NCBI GenBank assembly: GCA_964016885.1
Contig: OZ024742.1
Coordinates: 56,730,001 to 56,794,000 of the forward strand
Length of the DNA: 64,000 nt
Reading direction: 5' to 3'
DNA from: Eledone cirrhosa
Lineage: Eukaryota
The position numbers and the translations under genes are program-made. Below the pieces are notes generated by a model, which did not search any database, was not told the DNA's origin, and was given only the letters and a program-made list of their open reading frames with translations. The first letter of the stretch is position 1. The number at the start of each line of letters is the position of its first letter. Shown here piece after piece: positions 1-12,600 of this stretch.

Positions 1-199
1 CTACTTTATTTGAATCTTCATTTTATTTTTCACTTCTCCATATTCCTTTTCATTACTTTTTCACCAATTTTTCATTTATTCTTTATTCTTTATTCTTTAT
101 TCTTTATTCTCTATTTATTATTTATTTTCAAATTATACAAATTATATTATTTATTTTCTGTTTTCTTCATTTATTGCCTTATATTTCTTCATATACATG

Positions 200-857
200 G
201 AAGACCCCCCCCCCCTGACCACCACCACCACTATGAGAGATGGTGGCAGGAGGGAAGAAGAAAAAACACACAAAGATACTTCTAAATTATCAGCAGAAGT
301 AAGACATAAGCTGACCACAACACCAAAAACACTACCAAAATAATGGTAGAGGGAGGTCAAATGTACTTAACAATAGCAAACACAAACACTACAGGAAGCC
401 TCACCCCAGAAAGAATTCTATAGACTTCTGACTGAGGAATGCTCTCAGAACTGACCAGTGGGAAGTTTGACACTTTTTTTGTTATTCTGTTCCTTTAACA
501 CCTTGTCCCTTCTACCACTTTATCAATTTTAAAACTAACTCCAACAATAACAACACTTAGAATGAGGAATGTTCTAACAACTGACCAATGAGAGGAGAAG
601 AGGCCCTTTGACACTAAAATTCATTTGTTTGAATTCATATGATTCCAGTTCCTCAGTGAAATAACAACCCAACCAGGAACTGGGCATATCAGAGTATTGA
701 CAATATTATACACCTCAACAACATATGTACTTGTCTATACCACACTAATTCGGACTGCCTGAAGAGGTCACAGCCAAAGATGGCTGTCACTGAAATATAT
801 ATAGCAGTAATAAACGAAGCTAAATTTTAAACATTTGACTTTTTATTTAACTTTATT
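200..857 (+). mobile_element. PLE-type terminal-repeat fragment (family E) carrying a hammerhead
   Basis: Hammerhead at 754-808 followed by AATAAA. The tail ATAAACGAAGCTAAATTTTAAAC and the upstream CTGGGCATATC match the copies at 15670-15890, 24051 and 26083. The left boundary is approximate. Confidence 0.6.
754..808 (+). ncRNA. Type I hammerhead ribozyme (family E)
   Basis: ACTGC-CTGAAGA-G GTCACAGCCA AAGA TGGCTGTCAC T-GAAA-TATATA-TA-GCAGT: 5-bp helix I, long helix II, palindromic helix III. Confidence 0.85.
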
Positions 858-1217
858 ATGGTGGATGGGTGCTACACAAGAATGCTGAGGATGGCTCTGA
901 AAATTAATCAGTATACACTGAGGGTGAAAAACTCAGAGTTGTATGGGAGCATCCCAAAAGGCAGCTCAAAAGTGACACAGAGGAGACTGAGGTTAGCTGG
1001 ACATGCTCACCGACATCCAGAGTTGAGATTGCACTCAGTGGTCCTTTGGGAGCCCCTACATGGACACACTAGAATAGGAAGACCAAGGTTAACGTATGCT
1101 GATGTCCTAAGGACAGACACTGGTCTGTTGGAGACGCAGGACATGGCAGCGATAATGAGGGACAGAGACCGCTGGAGAGAACTCGTCCATGGATCTCAGA
1201 AATTTTACCAGCCTTAG
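858..1217 (+). mobile_element. 5'-truncated RTE-clade LINE 3' end
   Basis: DGCYTRMLRMAL...RRLRLAGH...VVLWEP...GRPRLTYAD...DRDRWR is the RTE-type C-terminus. It runs into (TA)n. Confidence 0.85.
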
Positions 1218-1314
<97 letters not shown>

Positions 1315-1322
1315 ATTATTAT

Positions 1323-1377
<55 letters not shown>

Positions 1378-1381
<4 letters not shown>

Positions 1382-1565
1382 TATAGAAATGGCTTCTACA
1401 TGACTAGAACTGTTTCATTCGGAAGAAATCATCAGGAAAGCTTACGTGATGATTTCTTCCGAATGTGACAGTTCTAGTGCCGTAGAAGCCATTTCTATAT
1501 TAAATATTTATACTCTGCTATGTATTGAGTACCTTACTTACCGTGGTTACCCCCGATTGAACCCG

Positions 1566-1570
<5 letters not shown>
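1378..1570. mobile_element. Fold-back PLE-type fragment (family A) with a hammerhead on the minus arm (1391-1443)
   Basis: Inverted arms at 1378-1434 and 1447-1503. The minus strand reads CTGATGA-T TTC TTCC GAA T-GAAA-CAG..ATG-TA-GAAGCC. Same family as 35201, 45260 and 45790. Confidence 0.75.
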
Positions 1571-1622
<52 letters not shown>

Positions 1623-1782
1623 ATGTGTGAAGCTCGAATTTTTTTAACACGAAAGCACCGAAGAATTAAATTGATAAACGCAGAATATAACTGCAATTAC
1701 AGTCAGTTGTAGACTAGCTTATAAAAGTCAACTTTTGTTATATTTTCAAATGTTGTCTGATTTAAACAGTAATATGTTTTCA

Positions 1783-1895
1783 GGGGTCACTTAGCTCAAT
1801 GATTAGAGTATGTAGCAGGTATCTGGGAGATACGAAGTTCAATTCTTAGTAGCGGCCATTGTCTACATTGTTGTGTCTCTAAGTGTCTTTACCCA
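1783..1895 (+). mobile_element. Degenerate tRNA-derived SINE inside an inverted-repeat element (arms ~1689-1726 and 1897-1938)
   Basis: A-box-like TAGCTCAATGATTAGAG, B-box-like GTTCAATTC, then TGTTGTGTC. Confidence 0.5.
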
Positions 1896-1959
1896 ATTTT
1901 TATAGACTAGTTTATAACAACTGACTGTAATTGCAGCTATCTTCTCTGCCTGAGCTTCC

Positions 1960-2017
<58 letters not shown>

Positions 2018-3060
2018 GAAAAAGTAGAGAATAACATGATCAACAGTACAAAAAAAGGGATTTATTTGCAGTCTAACAATTGTTTCACTGATAGAGATGT
2101 CTAAAAATTGCTGAATACTAAAAGCAGTGCCACTCAATTTTAAATACGATGTTAACTCGATTAGATCTTCAGAAATTGTTAAAAAATATATATGTAACCG
2201 GCAAAATTACAAATTCAAATTACATCATCAACAATAATATTACAATAAAGATATAGAAAGAAAAGGAGGAAGAAAGGGAGATAGATACAGTAAGGAAAGA
2301 AAGGAAAGGAATGAGAAAGAAGAAGGAAAAAGAAAAAGAGAAAGGAGAAGAAAAGGAGAAATTATTATTGATAGAAATATAAAGAGAGGAAGATATATAG
2401 AAGATGATGGCAGATAAAGGAGAGACAAACATAAGTAAAAATAACGTAGGATAGAGAGAAGAATAGAGGGACAAATGGATGAATAAACGTTAATGCATGA
2501 ATAAATGTAAATAAAAATAAAAATAGGTATATAAAACTTATATGAAAAAATGGTGAAAATATGATAATGTTATTTATGTGTGTATTGGTTATTTTAATAA
2601 ATAAATTAATTAATTAGTTTTAAGTTATATTATATAAGAAAATAAAATGACAGAGATGAAATAAATTTAGGGAGAGAAATATTAAGATAAAGAGTGAAAA
2701 ATAGAGATATATAGAATAAGAATGTAAATAAAAGACGTTTTGATGTTGTTCTTTGATGAGAATTATAATTATAATTATAATTATAATTATAATGATGATG
2801 ATGTTGATGATGTGATATCATAATAGACCCAAGTGGTACAATCTGGGTTATGGAATAGATAAGATGGAATTAAGCTGGTCTAAAGTTCTCAAATTTAGTC
2901 GCCGATTTATGTCGACAAAAAATAGTTACACATTTTCCTATTACCCACTATACTACCATAAGTATTGAGTGCTCTGGTGCGTTATGGTCCATCTGATTCC
3001 TTACCACACCTCCTTCGTTATATAAATATATATATATGTGTGTGTGTGTATGGGTATATA

Positions 3061-3959
3061 TACGGGGTGGGTCAGAAAATTCCAGGACTGATGTCACAAA
3101 AGATTTATTTCAAACCCAAACTTCACACTAAGTGTTTTCTCCTTCAAAGTAATCCCCCTGGAGTATGTAACTGTAATCATAGCTCTCTGCAGCGATCAAA
3201 CTTTTTTCTTCATAATTTTATATACATGTCCTCTGTTTCAGGTCGTTAAGCAATGAGCACAGAGCAACGACCAAACTCGAAAACTCCGTCAGAAGCACTG
3301 TGATTGCTGCAGCAAGTGTATGGAGATGAGACGATGTCACGCTCACGTGTTTTTGAGTGGTGCAAGAGGTTTAAGGAAGGATGCGAGGACGTGGAAGATT
3401 ACCCCAGGAGCGGAAGGCCCGCAACAACCAGGACTGAGGTCAACGTTGAGCGCGTCAGGCAGATGGTGCGTAGCGATCGTCGGCTGACTGTTCGACTGAT
3501 GGCAAATGATCTGGGCAAGAATCGCGACAGCGTCTGGAAGACTTTCACTGAAGATTTGGACATGCGGAAAGTCTGCGCGAAGATGGTGCCAAAACTGCTG
3601 AACAATGACCAGAAGGGTCGACGCATGCAAGTGTGCCAGGACATCCTCGAGCGTCTTGAAACCGAACCAGACTTGCTAGGGACGGTCATCACCGGTGATG
3701 AGTCATGGATCTTCGAGTACGACCCGGAGGGGACCCGTTTTGAAGACGTAGACGATATCAAAAAGGCCGTGACGACGGAACTGCGGAGGATCCCGGAAGA
3801 ATCCTTCCAGGAGTGCATACAAGCGTGGCAGAAAAGGATGGAAAAGTGCATTAGACTCTAGGGGGATTACTTTGAAGGAGAAAACTCTTAGTGTGAAGTT
3901 TGTGTTTGAAATAAATATTTTGTGACATCAGTCCTGGAATTTTTCTGACCCACCTCGTA
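3061..3959 (+). mobile_element. Mariner transposon with ~105-bp TIRs, internally deleted
   Basis: TIR 3061-3164 matches the reverse complement of 3855-3959, with TA flanks. ORF 3304-3861 has the HTH, RSGRP, VCAKMVPKLL and ITGDESWIFEYDPE motifs fused directly to GTRFEDVDDIK, so the middle of the catalytic domain is missing. Confidence 0.95.
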
Positions 3960-3971
3960 TATATATGTATG

Positions 3972-4049
<78 letters not shown>

Positions 4050-5115
4050 GAGGTATCCACTGTAAGTTGTGGGGTCTATTCTGCATGAAGAACTCAATGT
4101 AATCCATATGTTGAAAATGTTGTAGGTCAAGATAAATTTCAGAAAACAATAAAACATTAAAAGGAAAACAGAGTCATGATATAAGTTAAAACAATGAAAT
4201 AAAAAATCAAGTCATTAGAGATATACTTCACTGCTTTACGATCGTTTCTAGATGGTGATAATACATTGTATCTATACTCAGTTATTGATCTATGTAAGTT
4301 TACAAACTATCAGATAGAGAGAATATTTACTTACATGCATATCACCAGCTGTTTTCAAAAGCAATAATAATTTTATTCAATAATAATTTTACTCAGAATT
4401 AGGATCATGTCCATATTTGGAGGTAGTTGAAGAACTAACGAATCAAATTGTTTTTTTCATATGGTGTTAATACATTTTAGTTGAGATCATGACTCTTTGA
4501 AAGGAATGGTTGAAAGGTGTTAGTAGAAATGGCATATAAATCTATTAGGAAGGAAGGGGATTGTCAAACTGATAGGTGAATGTATCTTGTATAGTGAATT
4601 TAAAAGGAATGTCAAAATAAATGGTGATTAGTGTTGTATTGAGTTTTAAGGTGAATATAAATTAATGTTATGGCTAGGAAAGATAGTAGATTAAAAGATG
4701 AACATTATAATAAAATAATGTGATATAGTAATGCGATAATATACAACTTAACCAACAGAATATAGTACGGTGTGGTAAATTGCACTCAGTATAATACAAC
4801 ATATTATACGCTCTAAAATATTACTAAGTATGTTTATGCATAAACAATCAAACTCAGATAAGTACATGTTGGCATAGTTAAAACACATAAATTTCATAGT
4901 CTACAAAGTTCATATATTCACACCACATATAGAGAGAGGTACAGTTATATTGATATCTAACCAAAATATACATAAGTGCAAATAGATGCAAAGCTAAATA
5001 CACATCCACACGCATGCATATAATCATATATATACATATCCATACATATCTATATCCACACACACACATCTATACCCCCATATATACATATACATATACA
5101 GATACATACACATAT

Positions 5116-5155
<40 letters not shown>

Positions 5156-5503
5156 GCACACATACATACATACATACATATATACACGTACATACATATA
5201 GACACACACATACATCCATCCATAAATATATACATACACATATACACATATATACATATGTATACACATGTATATACATATATATACATATATACATATA
5301 TATATACATATATATACATATACATTCACACACATATATATATATACATATACAACACACACACATACACATATATATATATATATACACACTTGTGTGA
5401 GCATATGTACACTCTTCTTATATATGCACATACTCATATATAAACATTCATACACCTATACACACATATACACACACACAAACACATATGTACACATATA
5501 TAC

Positions 5504-5662
<159 letters not shown>

Positions 5663-5663
5663 A

Positions 5664-5697
<34 letters not shown>

Positions 5698-5823
5698 GTA
5701 GGAGGTGAGTTTTATTGTAGTACAATAAAGTAATGCAGATATCGGATAAGAAGCACTCTAAAGTTTGTAGGACTGGAGTATACATAATATAAGATCAAAA
5801 GATGGTTAAAGGAGTTCCATGTA

Positions 5824-5890
5824 TTTTATTATGCGCATTTCAAAAACAAACATCATCATGCAATAATATTTGTGTTTTCATCAGATAAAA
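5824..5890 (-). ncRNA. Type I hammerhead ribozyme (family B)
   Basis: Reverse complement of the motif at 6111-6177. Confidence 0.85.
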
Positions 5891-6110
5891 GAGGAGAACA
5901 TGATATGAAGGCTAAAAAACACTTGTGGATAGTGCAGTTTTAAATCAACATATCAACTTGCCGCATCCGCGGATAGAATACTAGAGGTGGACTCTAATAC
6001 CAGTCGGCATAATCCTTGTGTGGCTTCTTCTTCTGTTCCCCCACGCAATATGTTGATTTAAAACTGCACTATCCACAAGTGATTTTTAGCCTTCATATCA
6101 TGTTCTCCTC

Positions 6111-6177
6111 TTTTATCTGATGAAAACACAAATATTATTGCATGATGATGTTTGTTTTTGAAATGCGCATAATAAAA
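6111..6177 (+). ncRNA. Type I hammerhead ribozyme (family B)
   Basis: TTTTAT-CTGATGA-(long helix II AAACACAAATATTAT..ATGATGATGTTTGTTTTT)-GAAA-TGCGCA-TA-ATAAAA. Confidence 0.88.
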
Positions 6178-6214
6178 TACATGGAACTCCTTTAACCATC
6201 TTTTGATCTTATAT

Positions 6215-6245
<31 letters not shown>

Positions 6246-6790
6246 ATATATATATATGTGTATATATTAAAAACTGAAGTCTGCATTCCTCTACCCCTAA
6301 ATTAAATTTGTGCTACTACTATTCTATCAACTTCAACACTTACTACTTTTCTATTGGTCAATTCAAAACATGTTCCCAAAACAGACCTATTATTTTAAAT
6401 CTTTGGTGGGTTGTTTTCAATAAACAAATATTATTTCTGAAGACAGCATATATATGTGTAGGTATGTATATTCCTTCTGATAGTTTATAAAATGTTTACA
6501 TAGATCTGTATGATATACATACCAACACACACATCCTAGAAACGATCGTAAAATGATGAATTTTTTAATATAAGGAACTATTTCTTTGTTTTTATTCATT
6601 AGTTTTTATTAATTTACATATATATATATATATATATATATGTATGCGATGCAATATATATATACAGATGTGTTGGTATCTGTGTTTCATCACATACATA
6701 TTAATTTATACACTGCTCAGGGGGTATTTTTCCTCCTTCGAGCTGATTCCATTGTAAAAGAATTCATTACCTTATTAATATATATATATA

Positions 6791-7138
6791 TGTAGTGATT
6801 TTGCACCTTAACCTGCCGACTTTCCGGCGCAATGACACGTTCCCTTTTGTAACCTCTTTTTATGTGTAACTTCAACCATACAAGTTAACCAACATTATTT
6901 GTGCTACAACAAAAATAAACATACATTTCATCTCTAATTTCTGCTGTTGAAATCATTATTATGTTACTCGTGTCTCAATAACATTTAATTTACCATGCTG
7001 CTTATTTGGCGACCGGCTCTCGGTCAGTTCACTCACGAGTAAGTTTGTTAACCTTATTATATCTGTATCGAATTTAATTAGTGGTTGGCCTGCAGTGGCG
7101 TTTACCAAAGTAAATAACCCTGTGACCAATTCCCTAAA
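6791..7138 (+). repeat. 5' LTR (lacks ~185 bp present in the 3' LTR)
   Basis: TGTAGTGA is joined to TTTTGCACC. The remainder matches 12121-12461 with about 3 substitutions seen. Confidence 0.92.
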
Positions 7139-7139
7139 G

Positions 7140-7152
7140 TGGTGACCCCGAC
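7140..7152 (+). promoter_or_regulatory. Primer-binding site, complementary to the tRNA-Trp 3' end
   Basis: TGGTGACCCCGAC lies 1 nt after the LTR end. Confidence 0.8.
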
Positions 7153-7476
7153 TAAGAACAACTTGCCTTGCAAGCATAGTTTTCCCGCGTACAGCTTGTC
7201 TTCTTCAATCCCAGCCATCTGATTGGCTGCATCGTGCCACATGACGGCTCCTTCATCACAAACACATTTTTCAATCAGCCATCTTGGGATGTTCTTACCA
7301 AATAATTTTCATGGAAAATAATTTTTTTATTATGCAAATTTTATTTTGGCCGGCGAGAATTTTCAAAAAGAATTTCAGTTGAATTCGCGTGAATAAGATT
7401 TTGGATTCCAGTGTGGCCTTTTGGTTGAGTGGCTGCATCAAAGACATAGTTCGTCCTGGGAGATTCTTCGGCAATC

Positions 7477-8304
7477 ATGAATCCACATCATTTGCCGTCC
7501 TTCGCAGGCGACATCAAATTATGGTTTTTGCAGCTTGAATGCTATTTTGATTTAACCAAAACCAAAGAACAGCATAAACTGAAGGTACTAGTTAGTGGCT
7601 TGCCTGTGTCGTTGGCAAATTCCGTGAAGGACGTGATAACCAATTTAGCCGCAGACGTTACTTATGGCTCGTTGAAAGGGGAAATTATTCGGAGGAATAC
7701 TAAGTCAGCGGAAAGTCGTTTCCGGGAATTGTTAGATGATGCGCAAATGGGTGACAGGACGCCAAGCTCCTATTTGCGACATCTGCGGGAGTTGAGCGAC
7801 TCCCAGGGCATGGACACCCCATTCCTCAAACAACTATTTTTCTCTCGTTTACCGCCAAGTGCGCAAATGGTCTTGGTCAATAATTTGGAGAGGGAATCGT
7901 TAGATCAACTTGCCGCATCCGCGGATAGAATACTAGAGGTGGACTCTAATAGCAGTCGGCATAATCCTTGTGTGGCTTCTTCTTCTGTTCCCCCACGCAA
8001 TTCTTCTGTGGCCGACAGCAAACTGTTGGAGATGATCGAAGCGCTTACCAAAAAAGTGGAGGATTTGACCGTACAACATAGAGAGCCTTCTCAACGTTTA
8101 AGGTACCGTTCGCCTCCGTCTGCTATTCCTCGAAACCGCTACGAGTACCGTTCGCCACCGTCTTCTGTTCCTCGCCAACACTACACTTCAGGCAGCAGTA
8201 ATTCTTCGATTTGTTGGTATCATGTTAACTTTGACGGTCGGGCGCAGCGCTGCCGGGCGCCTTGTAACTATAGGAGTTCGGAAAACGCCAATCAGAGCCA
8301 CTAG
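7477..8304 (+). CDS. gag: Gag (Ty3/Gypsy)
   Basis: [20 protein letters not shown] and C-terminal CWYH..F...A..C..PC motifs. Confidence 0.9.
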   Translation: MNPHHLPSFAGDIKLWFLQLECYFDLTKTKEQHKLKVLVSGLPVSLANSVKDVITNLAADVTYGSLKGEIIRRNTKSAESRFRELLDDAQMGDRTPSSYLRHLRELSDSQGMDTPFLKQLFFSRLPPSAQMVLVNNLERESLDQLAASADRILEVDSNSSRHNPCVASSSVPPRNSSVADSKLLEMIEALTKKVEDLTVQHREPSQRLRYRSPPSAIPRNRYEYRSPPSSVPRQHYTSGSSNSSICWYHVNFDGRAQRCRAPCNYRSSENANQSH

Positions 8305-11300
8305 GGGCGGCTAGTGAACTCTGGGAAACTCGACCAAACCGTCATCTTTTTGTGTACGATCTGCAGTCAAAAAATTTTTTTCTTGTCGACACTGGCGCGT
8401 CACTAAGTATTTGGCCAGTCAGTTATCTTAAAAAAACCCCATCTGAATCAAATATGAATTTACGAGCAATCAACCACACGGCCATTCGAACGTACGGGCA
8501 AATTTCGCTTCCTCTTCGGTTTAAAAATTTGTGTCGTGAATTGAAGTGGAAGTTTACTATCGCCGACTTGCCATACGCCATTTTGGGAGCGGATTTCCTC
8601 CACCATTTTTCCTTGTCGATTGACATCCTCAGACAACGACTTTTTGATGCTAATACAGGCCTATCGTTCGAGGGTACAAAGCCGGAGAGCGCCACAGTAA
8701 GCCCTGCTTTTTTCTTGGCTGAAGTGGGCAACCAGTATCACAGTTTGTTAAAATCATTCCCACAGCTGATGCAAGGAAGATTACGAATTGCTAGTCCGGA
8801 TCATGTGATTGAACATTTTATATCTACTACAGGTCCACCCGTTTTCTCACGTCCTCGAAGATTATCTGCAGAGAAGTTGAAAGCTGCACGTCTTGAATTC
8901 GACCACATGCTGGAATTAGGAATAATTCGGCGTTCCATAAGTCCTTGGGCATCGCCTCTGCATATGGTACTTAAATCTTCTGGTGATTGGAGACCGACGG
9001 GTGACTACCGACGCTTAAACGCGATTACTGTGCCTGACCGTTATCCAATCCCGCATTTGCAGGATTTTGCATTGTCATTGCAGGGTTGCAGAATCTTTTC
9101 TAAGCTTGATTTGATCCGCACTTATAATCAAATTCCGGTTAAAAAGGAGGATATTCCAAAGACTGCTATTGCCACTCCTTTCGGATCATTCGAGTTCCTC
9201 ACTATGCCTTTCGGACTTAGACATGCTGCAAGTACTTTTCAACGATTCATGGATGATGTCACTCGTGGTCTCGATTTTGTTTACACGTATATCAATGATG
9301 TACTGATTGCTAGTTCTTCTCCTGAACAACATTCCAAACATCTGGATATCTTATTTCGGCGTTTACAGAAATATAATGTTCGTGTTAATGCCGCTAAGTG
9401 TGTTTTCGGCTCGACATCGCTAACATTTTTGGGCCATCTTATTGATGCCGATGGTATTCGGCCCCTTCCGGAAAAAGTTAAGGCAATTTTGGATTTGCCT
9501 CCGCCAAGTTCGCTTCGACAATTACGGCAATTCTTGGGCCTTGTGAATTTTTATAGGCGATTCGTGCCTAATTGTTCCAGCTTACTGTCCTCGTTGACAG
9601 ACATTTTTTAAAAACTGTCGACGGAAGAATATGAACATTTCATTAAATGCAACGCACCTGGCGGATTTTGAGAAAGTGAAAAAAGCGTTAGCGACTGCAT
9701 CTTTGCTCGCCCACCCCATGCCCAACGCCGAGCTGTCGCTCTGTGTTGATGCTTCGGATAGCGCCGTGGGCGCAGTCTTACAGCAGAAGTGTGAGGGTTT
9801 ACAGCAACCACTCGAGTTCTTTTCGAGAAAGTTAAAGCCTGCCGAAACTCGCTATAGCACCTTTGGAAGGGAGCTATTAGCAATTTATTTATCAGTGAAA
9901 CATTTTGCTCATGTTCTTGAAGGTAGAATGTTCACAATTTTTACTGATCATAAACCTTTGACGTTTGCTCTTCGAACTAAAGCAGACAAATACTCGCCCA
10001 GAGAAACGAGACATCTGGACTTCATCTCACAGTTCACGAACGACATTCAACATATTCCGGGTTCTTTGAATACAGCGGCGATGCGCTGTCTCGCCTGCCG
10101 ATCGCATCGATTTCGTCTTCCGAGGAGATAGATTTACATCGAATGGCAGCTGCTCAACCCACTCTCGAATCGTTGGATGTTACATCGCCAGAGTTTGTAC
10201 ATTGCAAACTGAAATACATTCCGATCTCAACTGCTGACGGACAAATACTGTGTGACGTTTCGTTGGACTCACCACGACCTCTAGTCCCAGTGGAACATCG
10301 ACAAACTGTGTTTCTCGCTTTACATGGCATTTCTCACCCTGGAGTATCAGCCTCAGTAAAACTAATAACAGCCAGATTTTTCTGGCCTGATATGAGACGT
10401 GACATTGCTGCTTGGTGCCGTTCCTGTGTCGCTTGCCAAAAGTCAAAAGTTTATAAGCTCGGAACTTTCACCTGTCCTGATGCCAGATTTCGTCACATTC
10501 ATGTGGACATCGTCGGCCCGTGGCCGGTTAGTCGTGGTTATTCGTATATTTTGACGATCGTTGACCGTTTTTCGCGTTGGCATGAAACCATCCCTATGAC
10601 AGATATCACTGCTGAAACGACAGCGCGTACTCTCGTATCTGCATGGATCGCTCGTTTTGGAGTACCAACCACAATAACAACAGACCGCGGTCGTCAATTT
10701 GAATCGAACCTCTTCCGTGAATTAACACAAATTATTGGCACTACTCGCATAAGAACCACGGCATATCATCCAGCATCAAACGGAATGGTGGAAAGATTTC
10801 ACAGACAGCTTAAAGCCTCTTTAAGGGCTTCAATGGACTCTTCACGTTGGAGTGAGTACCTACCTATTGTGTTGTTAGGTATTCGGTCGACAATAAAGGT
10901 GGACCTTGGGTTCTCCCCGGCCGAATTGATTTATGGTACTCCTCTTGCGTTACCGGGGCAAATGCTTGCTGCTGTTGATCTTGCTTCGCAGGATCCCGCT
11001 TCCTACGTGTCCCGGCTTCATTCTTACTTCCAGGATTTACCACCGATGGACACAAGGAAGCGAACTGTAAAAACTGCCGTCCCAAGGGATATTGCCTTGT
11101 GGACACATGTGTTCGTTAGAGACGACGCCGTGAGACCCCCTCTTCAACGGCCGTACTCTGGACCCTATCGTGTGCTTGCTCGCACAGACAAACATTTCAC
11201 ACTGAACATTTGGGGTTCCAGGGAAACGGTTTCCGTTGATCGTCTCAAACGAGCAAACCTGGACAATGACACAATGACACTTGAAACTCAAATGCCCCCT

Positions 11301-11414
11301 TCTTTTTCTTTGCCACATACGCCTATTTCTTCCCCCCCCCCCATCAACATAAAGAACTACGACCCGTTCTGGGCGAAGGGTGCATTTGTCCCCGTAAGCT
11401 ATGCAGTAATATAA
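8280..11414 (+). pseudogene. pol: Pol (protease-RT-RNase H-integrase) in the -1 frame from gag, disrupted
   Basis: [30 protein letters not shown] (catalytic DD changed to ND), [41 protein letters not shown] and GPY motifs. Frame breaks near 9610 and 10080-10140. Confidence 0.93.
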
Positions 11415-11927
11415 ACTGAATTGTATTATTTTCTTCTTCCAATTGTTTTTGCTGTATATTTCATTGTGTTGCTTTTTGATTCTTGACTGCCTACGGCAGT
11501 GTCAATATATGTTATTTTTCGTAACATTACGACTGTTGTCAACTCTGACACAGTCCATTTTTTTAGTGCATTTTTTTTTGCTACATATGGCATTTTCATT
11601 GCCTAGCAAAAAATTTTTTTTTGTTTATCGCATTTGGGACCCTTACTGCGAATGGTATTTTTAATGCATTTTGCATTTATTGCTGCATGTGTATAATTAT
11701 TGCATTTGTTGTATATTTTTTGTGTAATGCCTGCATGCATTAACCTATTTCACCTCCATATTGTTCGTTTTGAGACCGGTTTCAATAACTTGTAAAGAGT
11801 ACCTTGTAAGGCTTTGGCTTCATTGTTATATACTACAGGAATTTTTCTTGCACCAATTTACAACTTCTAGTTCCTCCATGCTATCGTTTGTTTTACGATT
11901 TTTATTAAAAATCTGGTCGGAGGTGAT

Positions 11928-12457
11928 TGTAGTGACCTACATTCCGCGGGCTCACGTACATTCTCTGTGCGTGATTTGGCTCAGCTCAGCCAATCAGCGC
12001 CAGTAGAGGAGGATGTATCCCTACGCGTCCTGAGGGAGAAATTACCCGCGAAGATTTGATGAATCTCTCTCTCTCGCACCAGGAACTTCGAACCAGCAAC
12101 ACGTACATGTGACGGTGAGATTTTGCACCTTAACCTGCCGACTTTCCGGCGCAATGACACATTCCCTTTTGTAACCTCATTTTTATGTGTAACTTCAACC
12201 ATACAAGTTAACCAACATTATTTGTGCTACAACAAAAATAAACATACATTTCATCTCTAATTTCTGCTGTTGAAATCATTATTATGTTACTCGTGTCTCA
12301 ATAACATTTAATTTACCATGCAGCTTATTTGGCGACCGGCTCTCGGTCAGTTCACTCACGAGTAAGTTTGTTAACCTTATTATATCTGTATCGAATTTAA
12401 TTAGTGGTTGGCCTGCAGTGGCGTTTACCAAAGTAAATAACCCTGTGACCAATTCCC

Positions 12458-12461
<4 letters not shown>
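11928..12461 (+). repeat. 3' LTR
   Basis: Starts TGTAGTGA after a degenerate purine tract and ends CCCTAAA. Confidence 0.92.
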
Positions 12462-12499
<38 letters not shown>

Positions 12500-12600
12500 T
12501 ATACACACATACACATACATATACATACATACACACATACACACACATACACAAGCATATACATATATACACATATACACATACATAAACATATATATAT

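Larger units (their letters stand above)
5698..6215. mobile_element. Fold-back PLE-type terminal repeat (family B) with two hammerheads and a captured gag spacer
   Basis: Arms ~5785-5952 and 6049-6215 are near-perfect inverted copies, flanked by (TA)n. Same family as 32556-32813. Confidence 0.85.
6791..12461 (+). mobile_element. Ty3/Gypsy LTR retrotransposon, full span, defective
   Basis: Two LTRs, a PBS, gag and PR-RT-RH-IN in Gypsy order, with (TA)n on both flanks. Confidence 0.97.

Noticed and set aside
1783-1860. tRNA gene
   Set aside because: The arms do not pair well and the sequence runs into SINE-like sequence, so it is a SINE head.
4225-4295. Hammerhead-like CTAGAAACGATCGTA here (minus) and at ~6495-6555
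   Set aside because: Core and helix I are too degenerate to call, although it is probably a decayed relative.
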